NCBI GenBank assembly: GCA_002490995.1
Contig: DKVC01000195.1
Span: forward strand, 1-60,232
Length of the DNA stretch: 60,232 nucleotides
Source: Lachnospiraceae bacterium UBA7188
GTDB taxonomy: Bacteria; Bacillota; Clostridia; Lachnospirales; Lachnospiraceae
Direction of reading: 5' to 3'
Below the pieces are notes generated by a model. That model saw only the letters and a program-made list of their open reading frames with translations. It was not told where the DNA came from and ran no database searches. Below are positions 10,082 through 19,021 of the stretch, one piece after another. Made by a program: the position numbers and the translations under genes. The first letter of the stretch is position 1, and the number at the start of each line of letters is the position of its first letter.

Positions 10082-10157
10082 AGTATAGGGGAAAGAAATG
10101 TATAAACAATGAGGATTAATTTAAAAATAGTTGAATGAATTGTTAACAAAATATGAA
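10082..10157 (-). promoter_or_regulatory. Promoter of candidate sRNA copy 2
   Basis: TATACT (complement of 10082-10087), with the same 70-bp distance to the identical TTCATATTTTGTTAACA block as in copy 1. Confidence 0.6.
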
Positions 10158-10247
10158 TATCAATCGTTATTGAACTTTGTCAGCCGGAGAACAAGCGGCA
10201 CGCAGGATATCCCGGCAGGAATACAGAAAATATGGAGGTGGCAAGCG

Positions 10248-11912
10248 ATGAATATCATTATCAGGAAAGAAACACCTGCAGATTACCGCATTGTGGAGGA
10301 ACTGACGCGGGAGGCTTTTTGGGGAAGCATGGATCATCCCACCTGCGACGGAGAGCATCTGCTGGTACATAAATTGAGAGCTCTTCCTTCTTTTGTGCCG
10401 GAGCTTGATTTTGTTGCAGAAGCAGACGGAAAAATTGCAGGTCATATCATCTACAGCCTGGCAAAAGTAGTCACGCCGGAGGGCCGGGAAATAGAAGTCC
10501 TAAATTTCGGCCCCCTCAGTGTTCATCCGGACTATAAAAGGATGGGCGTGGGTTCGGCTTTGATGCGCCGCTCCATTGCCGAGGCAGCAGGACTGGGATA
10601 CCGCGCAATCATCATCTACGGGCATCCCGATTATTACCCGAGATTCGGATTCCGGAGAGCAGGCCGGTATGGTATCGTATCCTCCGGCGGAGGCAGCTGG
10701 GACGCGCTGATGGCATTGGAGCTGTACGACGGCGCTTTAGACGGTATTACAGGCCGGTTTATCGAAGACGAAGTCTATGAGGTTGACCCGAAGGAAATGG
10801 CTGAATTTGAAAAAGGGTTTCCCGGCAAAGAACCGGTTCAGCTTCCGCCCGCCACACTGCTGACGGATCAGCTTCCTGAACAGGTAAAACAGTCATTTGC
10901 GCAGCACGGGATCAGGTTTGTATCCCAGCAGCAGCGCTTCAGCGGTGCAGAGCTTCTTAACTGGGACGGCATGGATGAGCAGCTGCTGGTGAAAATCAAC
11001 GGGATATTGTCACAGCTGGGGCAGCCCTGCAAGCTGCTGCCTTCATCCTATATTCTGCAGCTTGCTGAGCTGGGCGTGCGCAATCCGGTTTGCTCGCTGA
11101 TTCGCTCAAAAGCCGGAATCTCTTTGTACCGCGTGGAATCGGAAGGAAGAAAGCTTATTCTGAAGGTTTTTGAGAAAAAGGAAGATGCGCGGGAGATTGA
11201 CAACTACCTGATATTGTCAAAGCTGGAAATACCGACTTTGCCGCTGCTGGGTTACACAAAAAACGCAATATTATTGCCTGATGTAGAAGCAGGCGGTGAA
11301 TACAGGCTTGGCAGAGAAAGTGACCTGAGCGACCCGCAGGCGGCAGGAGCCATTGCCGGATGGTACAAAATGCTTCACAGGAAAGGCAGCGCTTATCTTT
11401 CAGGCAGGGAGGCTCCGATGTATGATGAAGCCGATATGCTTACTGAAGAAAACATGAGGGTAACAGCTGAAAAGACCGGTACTGCGGATCATGTGATATG
11501 GCAGGTGATCGCAGACAACTATGACGATATCCGCAGCCGGATAGATGCTCTGCCCCGGACGCTTGTATACAATGATTTTTACTGGACGAATCTGATTGTA
11601 TCAAAGACCGGTGAAAGCGCGTTCATGTTCGATTACAACTTGCTGGGCAAAGGCATCGCTTATGGTGATATCCGCAATGTAACAGGCTCGCTTTCCCGTG
11701 AGGCGGCGGAAGCATTCATGCAGGAATACGGCGACGATATCGATGAGGAACAGAAGAAAGCGGATGCCTTTATTGCACCTCTTGTTACACTGATTAGTGC
11801 CTGCAGGGAGGAGACTTTCCCCTCATGGGCAAAAACCTCGCTCGAAGAGTTGAAAAACGGCGATGTATTAAAACATCTGAAAAAATGGCTTGGTGTGGAG
11901 GTGGCTGGATGA
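10248..11912 (+). CDS. GNAT acetyltransferase fused to an APH/choline-kinase-like phosphotransferase
   Basis: N-terminal YhbS-like GNAT (IRKET..D, FGPLSVHPDYKRMGVGSALM, GHPDYYPRFGF); C-terminal kinase-like domain (LVYNDFYWTN, MFDYN); ATG 10248 after GGAGG. Confidence 0.75.
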   Translation: MNIIIRKETPADYRIVEELTREAFWGSMDHPTCDGEHLLVHKLRALPSFVPELDFVAEADGKIAGHIIYSLAKVVTPEGREIEVLNFGPLSVHPDYKRMGVGSALMRRSIAEAAGLGYRAIIIYGHPDYYPRFGFRRAGRYGIVSSGGGSWDALMALELYDGALDGITGRFIEDEVYEVDPKEMAEFEKGFPGKEPVQLPPATLLTDQLPEQVKQSFAQHGIRFVSQQQRFSGAELLNWDGMDEQLLVKINGILSQLGQPCKLLPSSYILQLAELGVRNPVCSLIRSKAGISLYRVESEGRKLILKVFEKKEDAREIDNYLILSKLEIPTLPLLGYTKNAILLPDVEAGGEYRLGRESDLSDPQAAGAIAGWYKMLHRKGSAYLSGREAPMYDEADMLTEENMRVTAEKTGTADHVIWQVIADNYDDIRSRIDALPRTLVYNDFYWTNLIVSKTGESAFMFDYNLLGKGIAYGDIRNVTGSLSREAAEAFMQEYGDDIDEEQKKADAFIAPLVTLISACREETFPSWAKTSLEELKNGDVLKHLKKWLGVEVAG

Positions 11913-12380
11913 TGATAACTTTTCACAAATAGATTCTTTGCTGTTTCCGATGCCATATAAGCGGGGCGTAGCCAATGTAATTGTATAACAAGGGGCTGTC
12001 GGGAAATACCATATTGGGACCATCTTAGCCCCTGACGGAAATATTCCCACAAAAATCAGTGTTTCGCAAACATTGTATTTTCTGTGGGAATGTTTTTTCT
12101 TTCTATTTTTCTTTTTCTCCATATTAAAGGGCAACACAAATAAGCCTCTGGCTTATGCAGGGCGCCTTTAAGACCACCAGCCATAGCCGTGGTATGAGCG
12201 ATTTGGTAAATTCTGGCGGTCTTAAGGAAATGTCTTAAAATAATTTGTACAGGTTTATGGAACGTTTTACATCTTTTATCCTGCCTTAGGAAAAATGCAT
12301 AGTACAAATTATTTCGCGACAGTTCCTAAGTATAAAAGTTTTGCCAATTTTGTGCCAGATATAGTTGAAAATGGCACACT

Positions 12381-12716
12381 CTATTTTCTGAATGATACTT
12401 CCATATATTCTTCAGATTTCCTCAGATTCTCCATGTTATCATATATCAGTATATCTATCCGGTTCGGTATATTCTGGCTTCTGATTATTACATACAGCCT
12501 TATGGCATTTAACGTCCACCTATCCATGAATCTGTCCCTTGGCACTATGGCTCTTATGTACACAGTCTGCCAGTCCAAGCTGTCAGCTGCTGAGTCAAAA
12601 TATTGCGCTATCAGCACATCGCTCATTAACTGTTTGTATCTGTAGCATCCGACGGCGGTTGCTAAGAATATTATCAGGCAAATTACAATTGCTGTCTTTT
12701 CAATTCGTTTTTTCAT
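12381..12716 (-). CDS. Small protein with N-terminal membrane anchor, unknown function
   Basis: 111-aa ORF with MKKR followed by a hydrophobic stretch; AAAGGAG RBS upstream. Confidence 0.65.
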   Translation of the reverse strand: MKKRIEKTAIVICLIIFLATAVGCYRYKQLMSDVLIAQYFDSAADSLDWQTVYIRAIVPRDRFMDRWTLNAIRLYVIIRSQNIPNRIDILIYDNMENLRKSEEYMEVSFRK

Positions 12717-12786
12717 TTAGACTCCTTTTTCCAATATTCATTATTGCAACTATGGTTATTGCATAGGCGCCAAGTAAATTTTTAGG

Positions 12787-12858
12787 TTGTGTGGTATACC
12801 ACACAATTTTGCGTCACATCATCTATATAATCAAACTAAATGTGTGACATACCACACA
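12787..12858. promoter_or_regulatory. Paired palindromic operators flanking a TATAAT box
   Basis: Perfect 20-bp palindrome TTGTGTGGTATACCACACAA (12787-12806), near-copy TGTGTGACATACCACACA (12841-12858), TATAAT at 12826-12831. Confidence 0.65.
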
Positions 12859-12879
12859 CTTGGTAGATGGAGGATATAT

Positions 12880-13116
12880 ATGAGCCAGAAGATAAAGCAG
12901 GATTATTGTATAGGCATAAATCTTCGGCGGCTACGGAACCAGGCTGGCCTCACCCAGGAGCAGGTAGCTGCCAGGTTACAGGTGGCAGGGATTGACATGA
13001 CAAGGGATTTCTATGCCCACATCGAAACAGGCGACTATAATATCCGTGTGAGCGAACTGGCTGCACTCAGAAAGATATTCCAGTGTTCCTATGATGAGAT
13101 TTTCCGAGGTTTCTGA
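12880..13116 (+). CDS. XRE-family HTH transcriptional regulator
   Basis: IGINLRRLRNQAGLTQEQVAARL...YAHIETG; ATG after GGAGG. Confidence 0.88.
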   Translation: MSQKIKQDYCIGINLRRLRNQAGLTQEQVAARLQVAGIDMTRDFYAHIETGDYNIRVSELAALRKIFQCSYDEIFRGF

Positions 13117-13280
13117 CAGAGCAGCCCCGGGAGATGACAGTAGTCTTTCGTATCACTTTCATCATTTCTATATGCATTCCTCATTTTTCATCTCCGATTT
13201 TGGAAACTATAATTCATCTTCATTATATGAGCATAATATAAGATAGTCAAGAGTCTGGGAAAGGAAAAATATCACAGATA

Positions 13281-13502
13281 ATGATAAGATTTGAGAAGCT
13301 GTTCAGGACGTTAAAGGAGAACGGTATCAGCCAGTACAGCCTTTATAATACTCATGGAATCAGCCGGGCGCAGATTCAGCGGCTAAAGGAGAACCAGTCA
13401 GTCACAACCCACACATTGGATATGATTCTGAATATTCTGGGTGAAGGCTTCACCCTTGATGATATTGCGGAATTTGTTCCTGACATAAAAGAAGATGAAT
13501 GA
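13281..13502 (+). CDS. Cro/C1-type HTH protein
   Basis: 73 aa, MIRFEKLFRTLKENGISQYSL...VTTHTLD..DDIAEFVPD pattern. Confidence 0.82.
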   Translation: MIRFEKLFRTLKENGISQYSLYNTHGISRAQIQRLKENQSVTTHTLDMILNILGEGFTLDDIAEFVPDIKEDE

Positions 13503-13577
13503 ATCAGCGCGCTTTCCTGGATGTATATAGTAGCGTCCACACATATGAATCTGTCTCCTGTATTTATTGCAAGGTTA

Positions 13578-13618
13578 TTGGGAACTGCCCAGGCACTTCC
13601 TTGGGAACTGCCCAGGCA
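13578..13618. repeat. Direct tandem duplication of TTGGGAACTGCCCAGGCA (23-bp period)
   Basis: Two identical 18-mers starting at 13578 and 13601. Confidence 0.8.
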
Positions 13619-13866
13619 TTTTCTTAGTATCACCTGTATTATATGGATGAAACCACAAATATATTTATGAAACAGGAGTTTTCAAGTCTATTTTCGCTTT
13701 CTGAAAGTTTTTTATAATTCATCCCCCGCGATTCCATGGATTTAATAATTGGGCACATGGATTCCCCTGGCTTTGATAAAGCATATTCGACCCTTGGCAG
13801 GGGAGACGTTGGACAGCCCCTTTTTGGCAGTAAGCATTGGACGAAGCGTCCAGGAACTTGTATTGC

Positions 13867-14391
13867 TTAAAGCTTTTCAGGTTCCGGATATTCCACCCCG
13901 AAAGTTTCCACAGTGACACTCTCCATCACCTGATTTTCATAAGGCCTGTCGGAATAGCTGTCAGTAGAAGTCTCGGCGATGCGGTTTACCACATCCATTC
14001 CTTCGATTACTTTGCCGAAGGCCGCATACTGCCCATCCAGATGAGGAGCGGCCTTGTGCATGATGAAAAACTGTGAGCCCGCGGAATCAGGGTGCATGGA
14101 CCTTGCCATGGACAACACGCCTGCTGTATGCTTTAGGTCATTGGGCACACCGTTCTGGCTGAACTCTCCCTTGATGCTGTAGCCGGGGTTGCCCATACCC
14201 GTGCCTTCGGGACAGCCGCCCTGGATCATAAAGCCCCTGATAACCCTGTGAAAAATCAGCCCATCATAGAATTTTTTGTTGATGAGGCTGATGAAGTTGT
14301 TCACGGAGATGGGGGCGATTTCGGGATACAGTTCAAGCTTGATCGTATCTCCGTTCTGCATGGTAATGGTGACAATCGGATTTTTTTCCAT
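13867..14391 (-). CDS. Cyclophilin-type peptidyl-prolyl cis-trans isomerase
   Basis: FYDGLIFHRVIRGFMIQGGCP, LSMAR, SAGSQFFI, HLDGQYAAFG. Confidence 0.95.
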   Translation of the reverse strand: MEKNPIVTITMQNGDTIKLELYPEIAPISVNNFISLINKKFYDGLIFHRVIRGFMIQGGCPEGTGMGNPGYSIKGEFSQNGVPNDLKHTAGVLSMARSMHPDSAGSQFFIMHKAAPHLDGQYAAFGKVIEGMDVVNRIAETSTDSYSDRPYENQVMESVTVETFGVEYPEPEKL

Positions 14392-14421
14392 AATAAATGT
14401 CCTTTCTGATGAGATTCGTGA

Positions 14422-14573
14422 TATAATATGACCATATTTGCGGCAGGAAACAGCCGTATGGCCATCCTGCCATGAGCGTTGCTGTGCTCATTTGGTATAA
14501 CATGACCATATTCCCGGCAGGAAACGGCCGTATGGCCATCCTGCCATGAGCGTTGCTGTGCTCATGGTATAAT
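14422..14573. repeat. Two tandem copies of a ~73-bp REP-like palindromic element
   Basis: Unit TATAAYATGACCATA..GGCAGGAAAC.GCCGTATGGCCATCCTGCCATGAGCGTTGCTGTGCTCAT..GG starts at 14422 and 14496; third copy at 25725. Confidence 0.85.
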
Positions 14574-14624
14574 CAATGATTATAGCGTAAAAACGTCATA
14601 TCGTAAAGAGGAAAGTGAGCGAAG

Positions 14625-15386
14625 TTGATATATTTAAAAGAGAGGTATTTAAAAGAGATAAAGGTAAAAACAGACGGGCAGGAAGGCGTTTTATATGTGA
14701 CAGATGACGCGGAAACTGCGGAAACGCTGCGCAGCCAGGGGGAAGCAGTGCTGGTTTACCTCCATACGGGAAATACAGAGCAGGATTTCTCGAATTTTTT
14801 GTTCGCGGTGGAGGATCCGGAAGGGCTGGAGCCGGAATATGTGGAACGGGTCTACCGCCGCCTGAAAGGGCTTCCCTGGCATATCCTGGAGACCCCCAGG
14901 TGCCTCATCCGCGAGACAACACCGGGGGATGTGGAGGATTTCTACCGCATTTACAGCCATCCCGACATAACGAAATATATGGAAGGCCTGTACCCGGAAG
15001 TGGAGCAGGAGAAACAGTATGTCCGGGAGTATATTGAAAAGGTTTATACTTTTTACGGCTTCGGTGTCTGGACCGTGGTGGAAAAGGAAAGCGGTTCTGT
15101 CATAGGGCGGGCCGGATTCTCTTACCGGGAAGGCTTCGAAGACCCGGAACTGGGCTTTATCATCGGCGTTCCCTGGCAGAGGAAGGGATATGCCAGGGAA
15201 GTATGCCGCGCCGTCCTTTCCTATGGGGCTGCGGCACTGGAATTTACGAAGGTGCAGGCGCTGGTGGAGACGGAAAATACAGCATCCCTGAAGCTGTGCG
15301 GGCAGCTGGGATTTTACCGGGATTCTGCAGTGCGCCTGAATGGGAAAGAATATTATCTGTTATACAGAACAAAAAGCAGCAGATGA
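14625..15386 (+). CDS. RimJ/RimL-type GNAT acetyltransferase with N-terminal extension
   Basis: ILETPRCLIRE, ELGFIIGVPWQRKGYA, ENTASLKLCGQLGF. Confidence 0.85.
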   Translation: MIYLKERYLKEIKVKTDGQEGVLYVTDDAETAETLRSQGEAVLVYLHTGNTEQDFSNFLFAVEDPEGLEPEYVERVYRRLKGLPWHILETPRCLIRETTPGDVEDFYRIYSHPDITKYMEGLYPEVEQEKQYVREYIEKVYTFYGFGVWTVVEKESGSVIGRAGFSYREGFEDPELGFIIGVPWQRKGYAREVCRAVLSYGAAALEFTKVQALVETENTASLKLCGQLGFYRDSAVRLNGKEYYLLYRTKSSR

Positions 15387-15459
15387 ATCATTCTCAATTA
15401 CTATTTGCGCCAATAGACAAAACTTTTGCTATTGGCGCATCAATATCCGAAATTTCCGT

Positions 15460-16332
15460 TTATTCCCCGCCATAGAAAATCTGCGCAATGGGCGAATCCG
15501 GGGAAAGGATAACCGTCTTCCGGTTTCCCTTCATGGAAGCCTTCAGCGCGTCCAGGCTTCTGACAAAGGAGTAGAATTCCTGCTTGGAAGGGTCGTTGTA
15601 AGCCTCGGAAAGGATTCTCATGTACTCGGCTTCGCCTTCCGCGATCTGGATGGCGGCTTCCTTCTCTGCTTCGGAGAGAAGGACGGTTACTTCCTTGTCC
15701 GTGGTATTTCGGATGATCTGTGCCTCGGAGCTGCCTTCTGCGGTATAGGTGGCGGCAATATTGTCGCGCTCGGAAATCATACGCTCATATACGGCGGCCT
15801 TATTGTCCCCGGGCAGGTCAAGCTTTTTGGTCTCAAAGGACAGCAGGGTGATGCCGTACTGATCCAGGGAAGTGCCGATGTTGGCAATAATGGACGAGGA
15901 CAACTGTCCGTTGCGCCCTGAAATCACATCGTCCTGGGAGGTGCTGCTGATGATATTTTTAGTAGAGTTATATACAATGGCATCCAGCCTCCCCTCCGCG
16001 TTGGTGATGGAGGAATTCAGGGTCTGGGCGAATTTCAGGGGATCTGTAATCCGCCACAGGATGTAACTGTCACAGATCATGGTCTTCTTGTCGCTGGTGA
16101 TGACATCGGAGGCAGGCAGATCGTAGAGCAGTACCTGCTTGGGCAGTTTATCCACGCTCTGGATAAAGGGAATCTTGAAACTGATGCCGGCATCCGCCAC
16201 CACATGGTCGATTTTTCCGAACTGGCGGATCAGGCTGTATTCGTTTTCCTGGGTGACTACCAGGCTGGATGCGCCGATAATGAGGGCGGCGAATACCAGG
16301 ACAATCAGGGCTATTCTTCTGACAGCTTTCAT
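15460..16332 (-). CDS. hflC: FtsH protease modulator HflC (SPFH)
   Basis: N-terminal TM, FKIPFI, VITSDKK, YERMISER, FYSFVRSL. Confidence 0.9.
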   Translation of the reverse strand: MKAVRRIALIVLVFAALIIGASSLVVTQENEYSLIRQFGKIDHVVADAGISFKIPFIQSVDKLPKQVLLYDLPASDVITSDKKTMICDSYILWRITDPLKFAQTLNSSITNAEGRLDAIVYNSTKNIISSTSQDDVISGRNGQLSSSIIANIGTSLDQYGITLLSFETKKLDLPGDNKAAVYERMISERDNIAATYTAEGSSEAQIIRNTTDKEVTVLLSEAEKEAAIQIAEGEAEYMRILSEAYNDPSKQEFYSFVRSLDALKASMKGNRKTVILSPDSPIAQIFYGGE

Positions 16333-16710
16333 AGTTAACCTCCTCTTATTTTTACAGGGGTGCAGATATTTTCCGGAGAATTTATCTGTCCGCTTTCTAC
16401 AGTTTTTATTTCCCGCAGACTGCTGCGGGGGGCTCCCTGTTCTCTGTGCAGGGACTTCTTTATGCGAAAAGATTTTGTCGCATTACAGCTGTGGCGTTTT
16501 CCGCAGGATTAAAGGTCTGTGATTACAAGTTCTCAAGACCACTGGAATTTACTAATCTGTCTGCGGCGGGCAATATATGGCTGGCGGTCTTTCGATGGTG
16601 GTTACTGCCAGTTTCAACGGCGTGCAGCATACATCAGTTATGTCAGCTCACCGGGAGCCGTTGTATCGGGACACTTCGGCGATGCGCACTCAAGTGTGCG
16701 GCGAATCGTT

Positions 16711-17823
16711 TTATTCCTGGGGCTGAGTGCTGTCTGCCGCCGAGGGACCGATGCCTGAGGCATTGTTTGTGGTACCCGTATTTGTGCCTACATTTGTGCC
16801 TGTATTTGTATCTGTGGTTGTGCCGGCATTGTCCGCATCGCTTCCGGTGAAGGATTCAATGGGATAAATCGTCTGCATGTTGCCGCTGGGGCTTTCAATG
16901 ATGACCTTCAGGTCGGGCAGCACATCTTCCATTGTCTCGTAGAACATCCGCTGTTTTGTGATGACAGGATTTTTAATATATTCCGCATACATGGAGTTAA
17001 AACGCGCTACCTGGGCGGTTGCTTCGTTGACGCGCTCGGTTTTCTGGGCTTCGGCGTCCTTGATGATGCCGTCAGCCCGGGCCTGGGCGGAGGGAAGCTG
17101 CTCGTTGCGGTATTTGTTGGCATTATTCAGGGCCGTTTCCTTGCCCTGTTTTGCCGTCTCCACTGCCTTGAAGGCTTCCATGACCTGCTGGGTGGGCGGC
17201 TCGGAGTCCTGGATGGTGATATTGACCAGCTGGATTCCAATATTCTGTTCCTCCAGGCGCTTCAGAATCATTTCGCGGATAGATGCCTGGATTTCGTTTT
17301 TGCCGGTGGTCAGCACATCGTCCACAGGATAGCTGCCGATGACGGTGCGGATACAGCTCTGACTGATGTTTTTCAGGATTTCCAGAGGATCCCTGGAAGC
17401 GAAAACAGCTTTTACAGGATCGCTGTAGCGGTATTCCACATAGAAATCCACGTCGATAAAGTTGAAATCCGAGGTGATCATCAGGGATTCATCCTCATTG
17501 ATCTCATTGTCATCCGTGCTGTAGCCGATGGCAAAGCCTTGGATTGTGGTGTTTACCTTTCTCACCTGCTGGATGAAAGGAATCTTGAAGTGAAGTCCCG
17601 GTTCCGTGACCGCCTGCGCCTTGCCCAGGGTGATCAGCACTGCCTGTTCCTGCTCCTTGATTTCGTAAGCGGAATTCAGGCCCAGGAAAACGAGGACGAC
17701 TGCCAGTACTGCAAGGACGGCTATTTTGCCTCCTGCCTTTTTGGGTTTGGGCTGCGCGCCTCCTTCGCCATTGTTTACCGTTTCAAATCCGTTTTTAAAG
17801 TTGCCAAAAGAACCATTTTTCAT
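16711..17823 (-). CDS. hflK: FtsH protease modulator HflK (SPFH) with Thr/Asn/Gly-rich tail
   Basis: PGLHFKIPF, ESLMITSD, PPTQQVMEAF, A..YRNE.LP.A, RMFYETME; upstream of hflC. Confidence 0.9.
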   Translation of the reverse strand: MKNGSFGNFKNGFETVNNGEGGAQPKPKKAGGKIAVLAVLAVVLVFLGLNSAYEIKEQEQAVLITLGKAQAVTEPGLHFKIPFIQQVRKVNTTIQGFAIGYSTDDNEINEDESLMITSDFNFIDVDFYVEYRYSDPVKAVFASRDPLEILKNISQSCIRTVIGSYPVDDVLTTGKNEIQASIREMILKRLEEQNIGIQLVNITIQDSEPPTQQVMEAFKAVETAKQGKETALNNANKYRNEQLPSAQARADGIIKDAEAQKTERVNEATAQVARFNSMYAEYIKNPVITKQRMFYETMEDVLPDLKVIIESPSGNMQTIYPIESFTGSDADNAGTTTDTNTGTNVGTNTGTTNNASGIGPSAADSTQPQE

Positions 17824-18280
17824 ATGCGTTCCTCCTTTGATAAGTTCTGCATTTGCCTGCTTCAGTGCTGTAAATAAGCTTATACTTTTAGTACTGTGAA
17901 TATGATACTTTAATTGTCAGAAAAAAGCAATGAAAATTACCGCACAATAGAATGAGATAACGTGCTTTTATCTGATATCCGGGAGCGCGGTTTCAGGAAG
18001 CGGTAAATGAGATGGTACATTTGGATAGCGGGAGAATGGCCGATTTGTCGCGAACGGGGGATTTTTGTCGCGAATGTAAAGAAAAAAGCAATGGATATGG
18101 AAGGACAATTGCGTTACAATAAAGACAATACCTTACGAAAAAAGACAGATTGTCACGGTAGCCGTTATTCTCCGGCAATTTTTACCCGGAGAGAATGTAT
18201 CCGTCAACAGGATTCCGGGAATATGCACAGTTGGGGTTAACAGGTGGGAGACAGGTAGGTGCGCACAGGGAGGTATCAGG

Positions 18281-19021
18281 ATGAAGATAGCGATCGTGGA
18301 AGATGATAAGCGGGACAGGGATATCCTGACGGCTTTTTTGAGTAAATACGAAGAGGAACATACACAGGAGCTGAGTACTGTCAGTTATCCCTCAGGGGAG
18401 GAATTTCTGTGCATGAGTTCCACGGAGAAGTACAGTCTTATCTTTATGGACATTTACCTGGGAGACGGGATCGACGGCATTGAGACAGCACGCAGGCTGC
18501 GGGAGCGCGGGGAGGAGGGGCTGATTGTATTCCTGACCGGCAGCAGGGAGGATATCTGGCGGGCTGTCCAGCTGCATGACTGTTTTGATTATGTAGATAA
18601 GGAAAGTCTTGGCTATACAAGGGTAGAAAAACTGATGGATGATGTGTGCCAGAAGCTGCGCGTGCAGGTGAAAGCGTTGGAATTTTGGAGCGGAAAACAG
18701 AAGATACGTCTGCCTGTTTCCAGAATTCAGTTTCTGGTATCACATGACAAGCATGTCATTATTACACTGGACAATGGCAGTGAGATGTGTTACCGGGCTA
18801 CCTTTGCCTCTGTCAGCGCTCTGTTGGAAGAAGAGAGCCGTTTTCTGCTCTGCAACAGAGGGATTCTATTGAATATGGATTTTGTCAGAAGGGCACATTC
18901 GGAAACCTTTGAAATGGCAGGCGGATCCTTATTGCCCATTCGGAAAAGAAACCGGGGACAGATCATGCAGGCGTATCATGAATACCAGTTTGAGAAATTG
19001 AATGAGGAGGGGTGGAGGTGA
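18281..19021 (+). CDS. LytTR-family response regulator
   Basis: Receiver (IAIVEDD, IFMDI, IVFLT) plus LytTR domain (FLLCNRGILLNM). Confidence 0.92.
   Translation: MKIAIVEDDKRDRDILTAFLSKYEEEHTQELSTVSYPSGEEFLCMSSTEKYSLIFMDIYLGDGIDGIETARRLRERGEEGLIVFLTGSREDIWRAVQLHDCFDYVDKESLGYTRVEKLMDDVCQKLRVQVKALEFWSGKQKIRLPVSRIQFLVSHDKHVIITLDNGSEMCYRATFASVSALLEEESRFLLCNRGILLNMDFVRRAHSETFEMAGGSLLPIRKRNRGQIMQAYHEYQFEKLNEEGWR

Noticed and set aside
10131-10247. Extended upstream starts in the ORF track (also 227, 22888, 25753, 28385, 34481, 57240)
   Set aside because: Downstream starts have proper RBSs or family-typical N-termini; the extensions run through promoters, repeats or neighbouring genes
14422-14573. 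Mini-CRISPR or riboswitch
   Set aside because: The units are duplicated along their entire length and match no riboswitch I recognise; treated as a dispersed repeat
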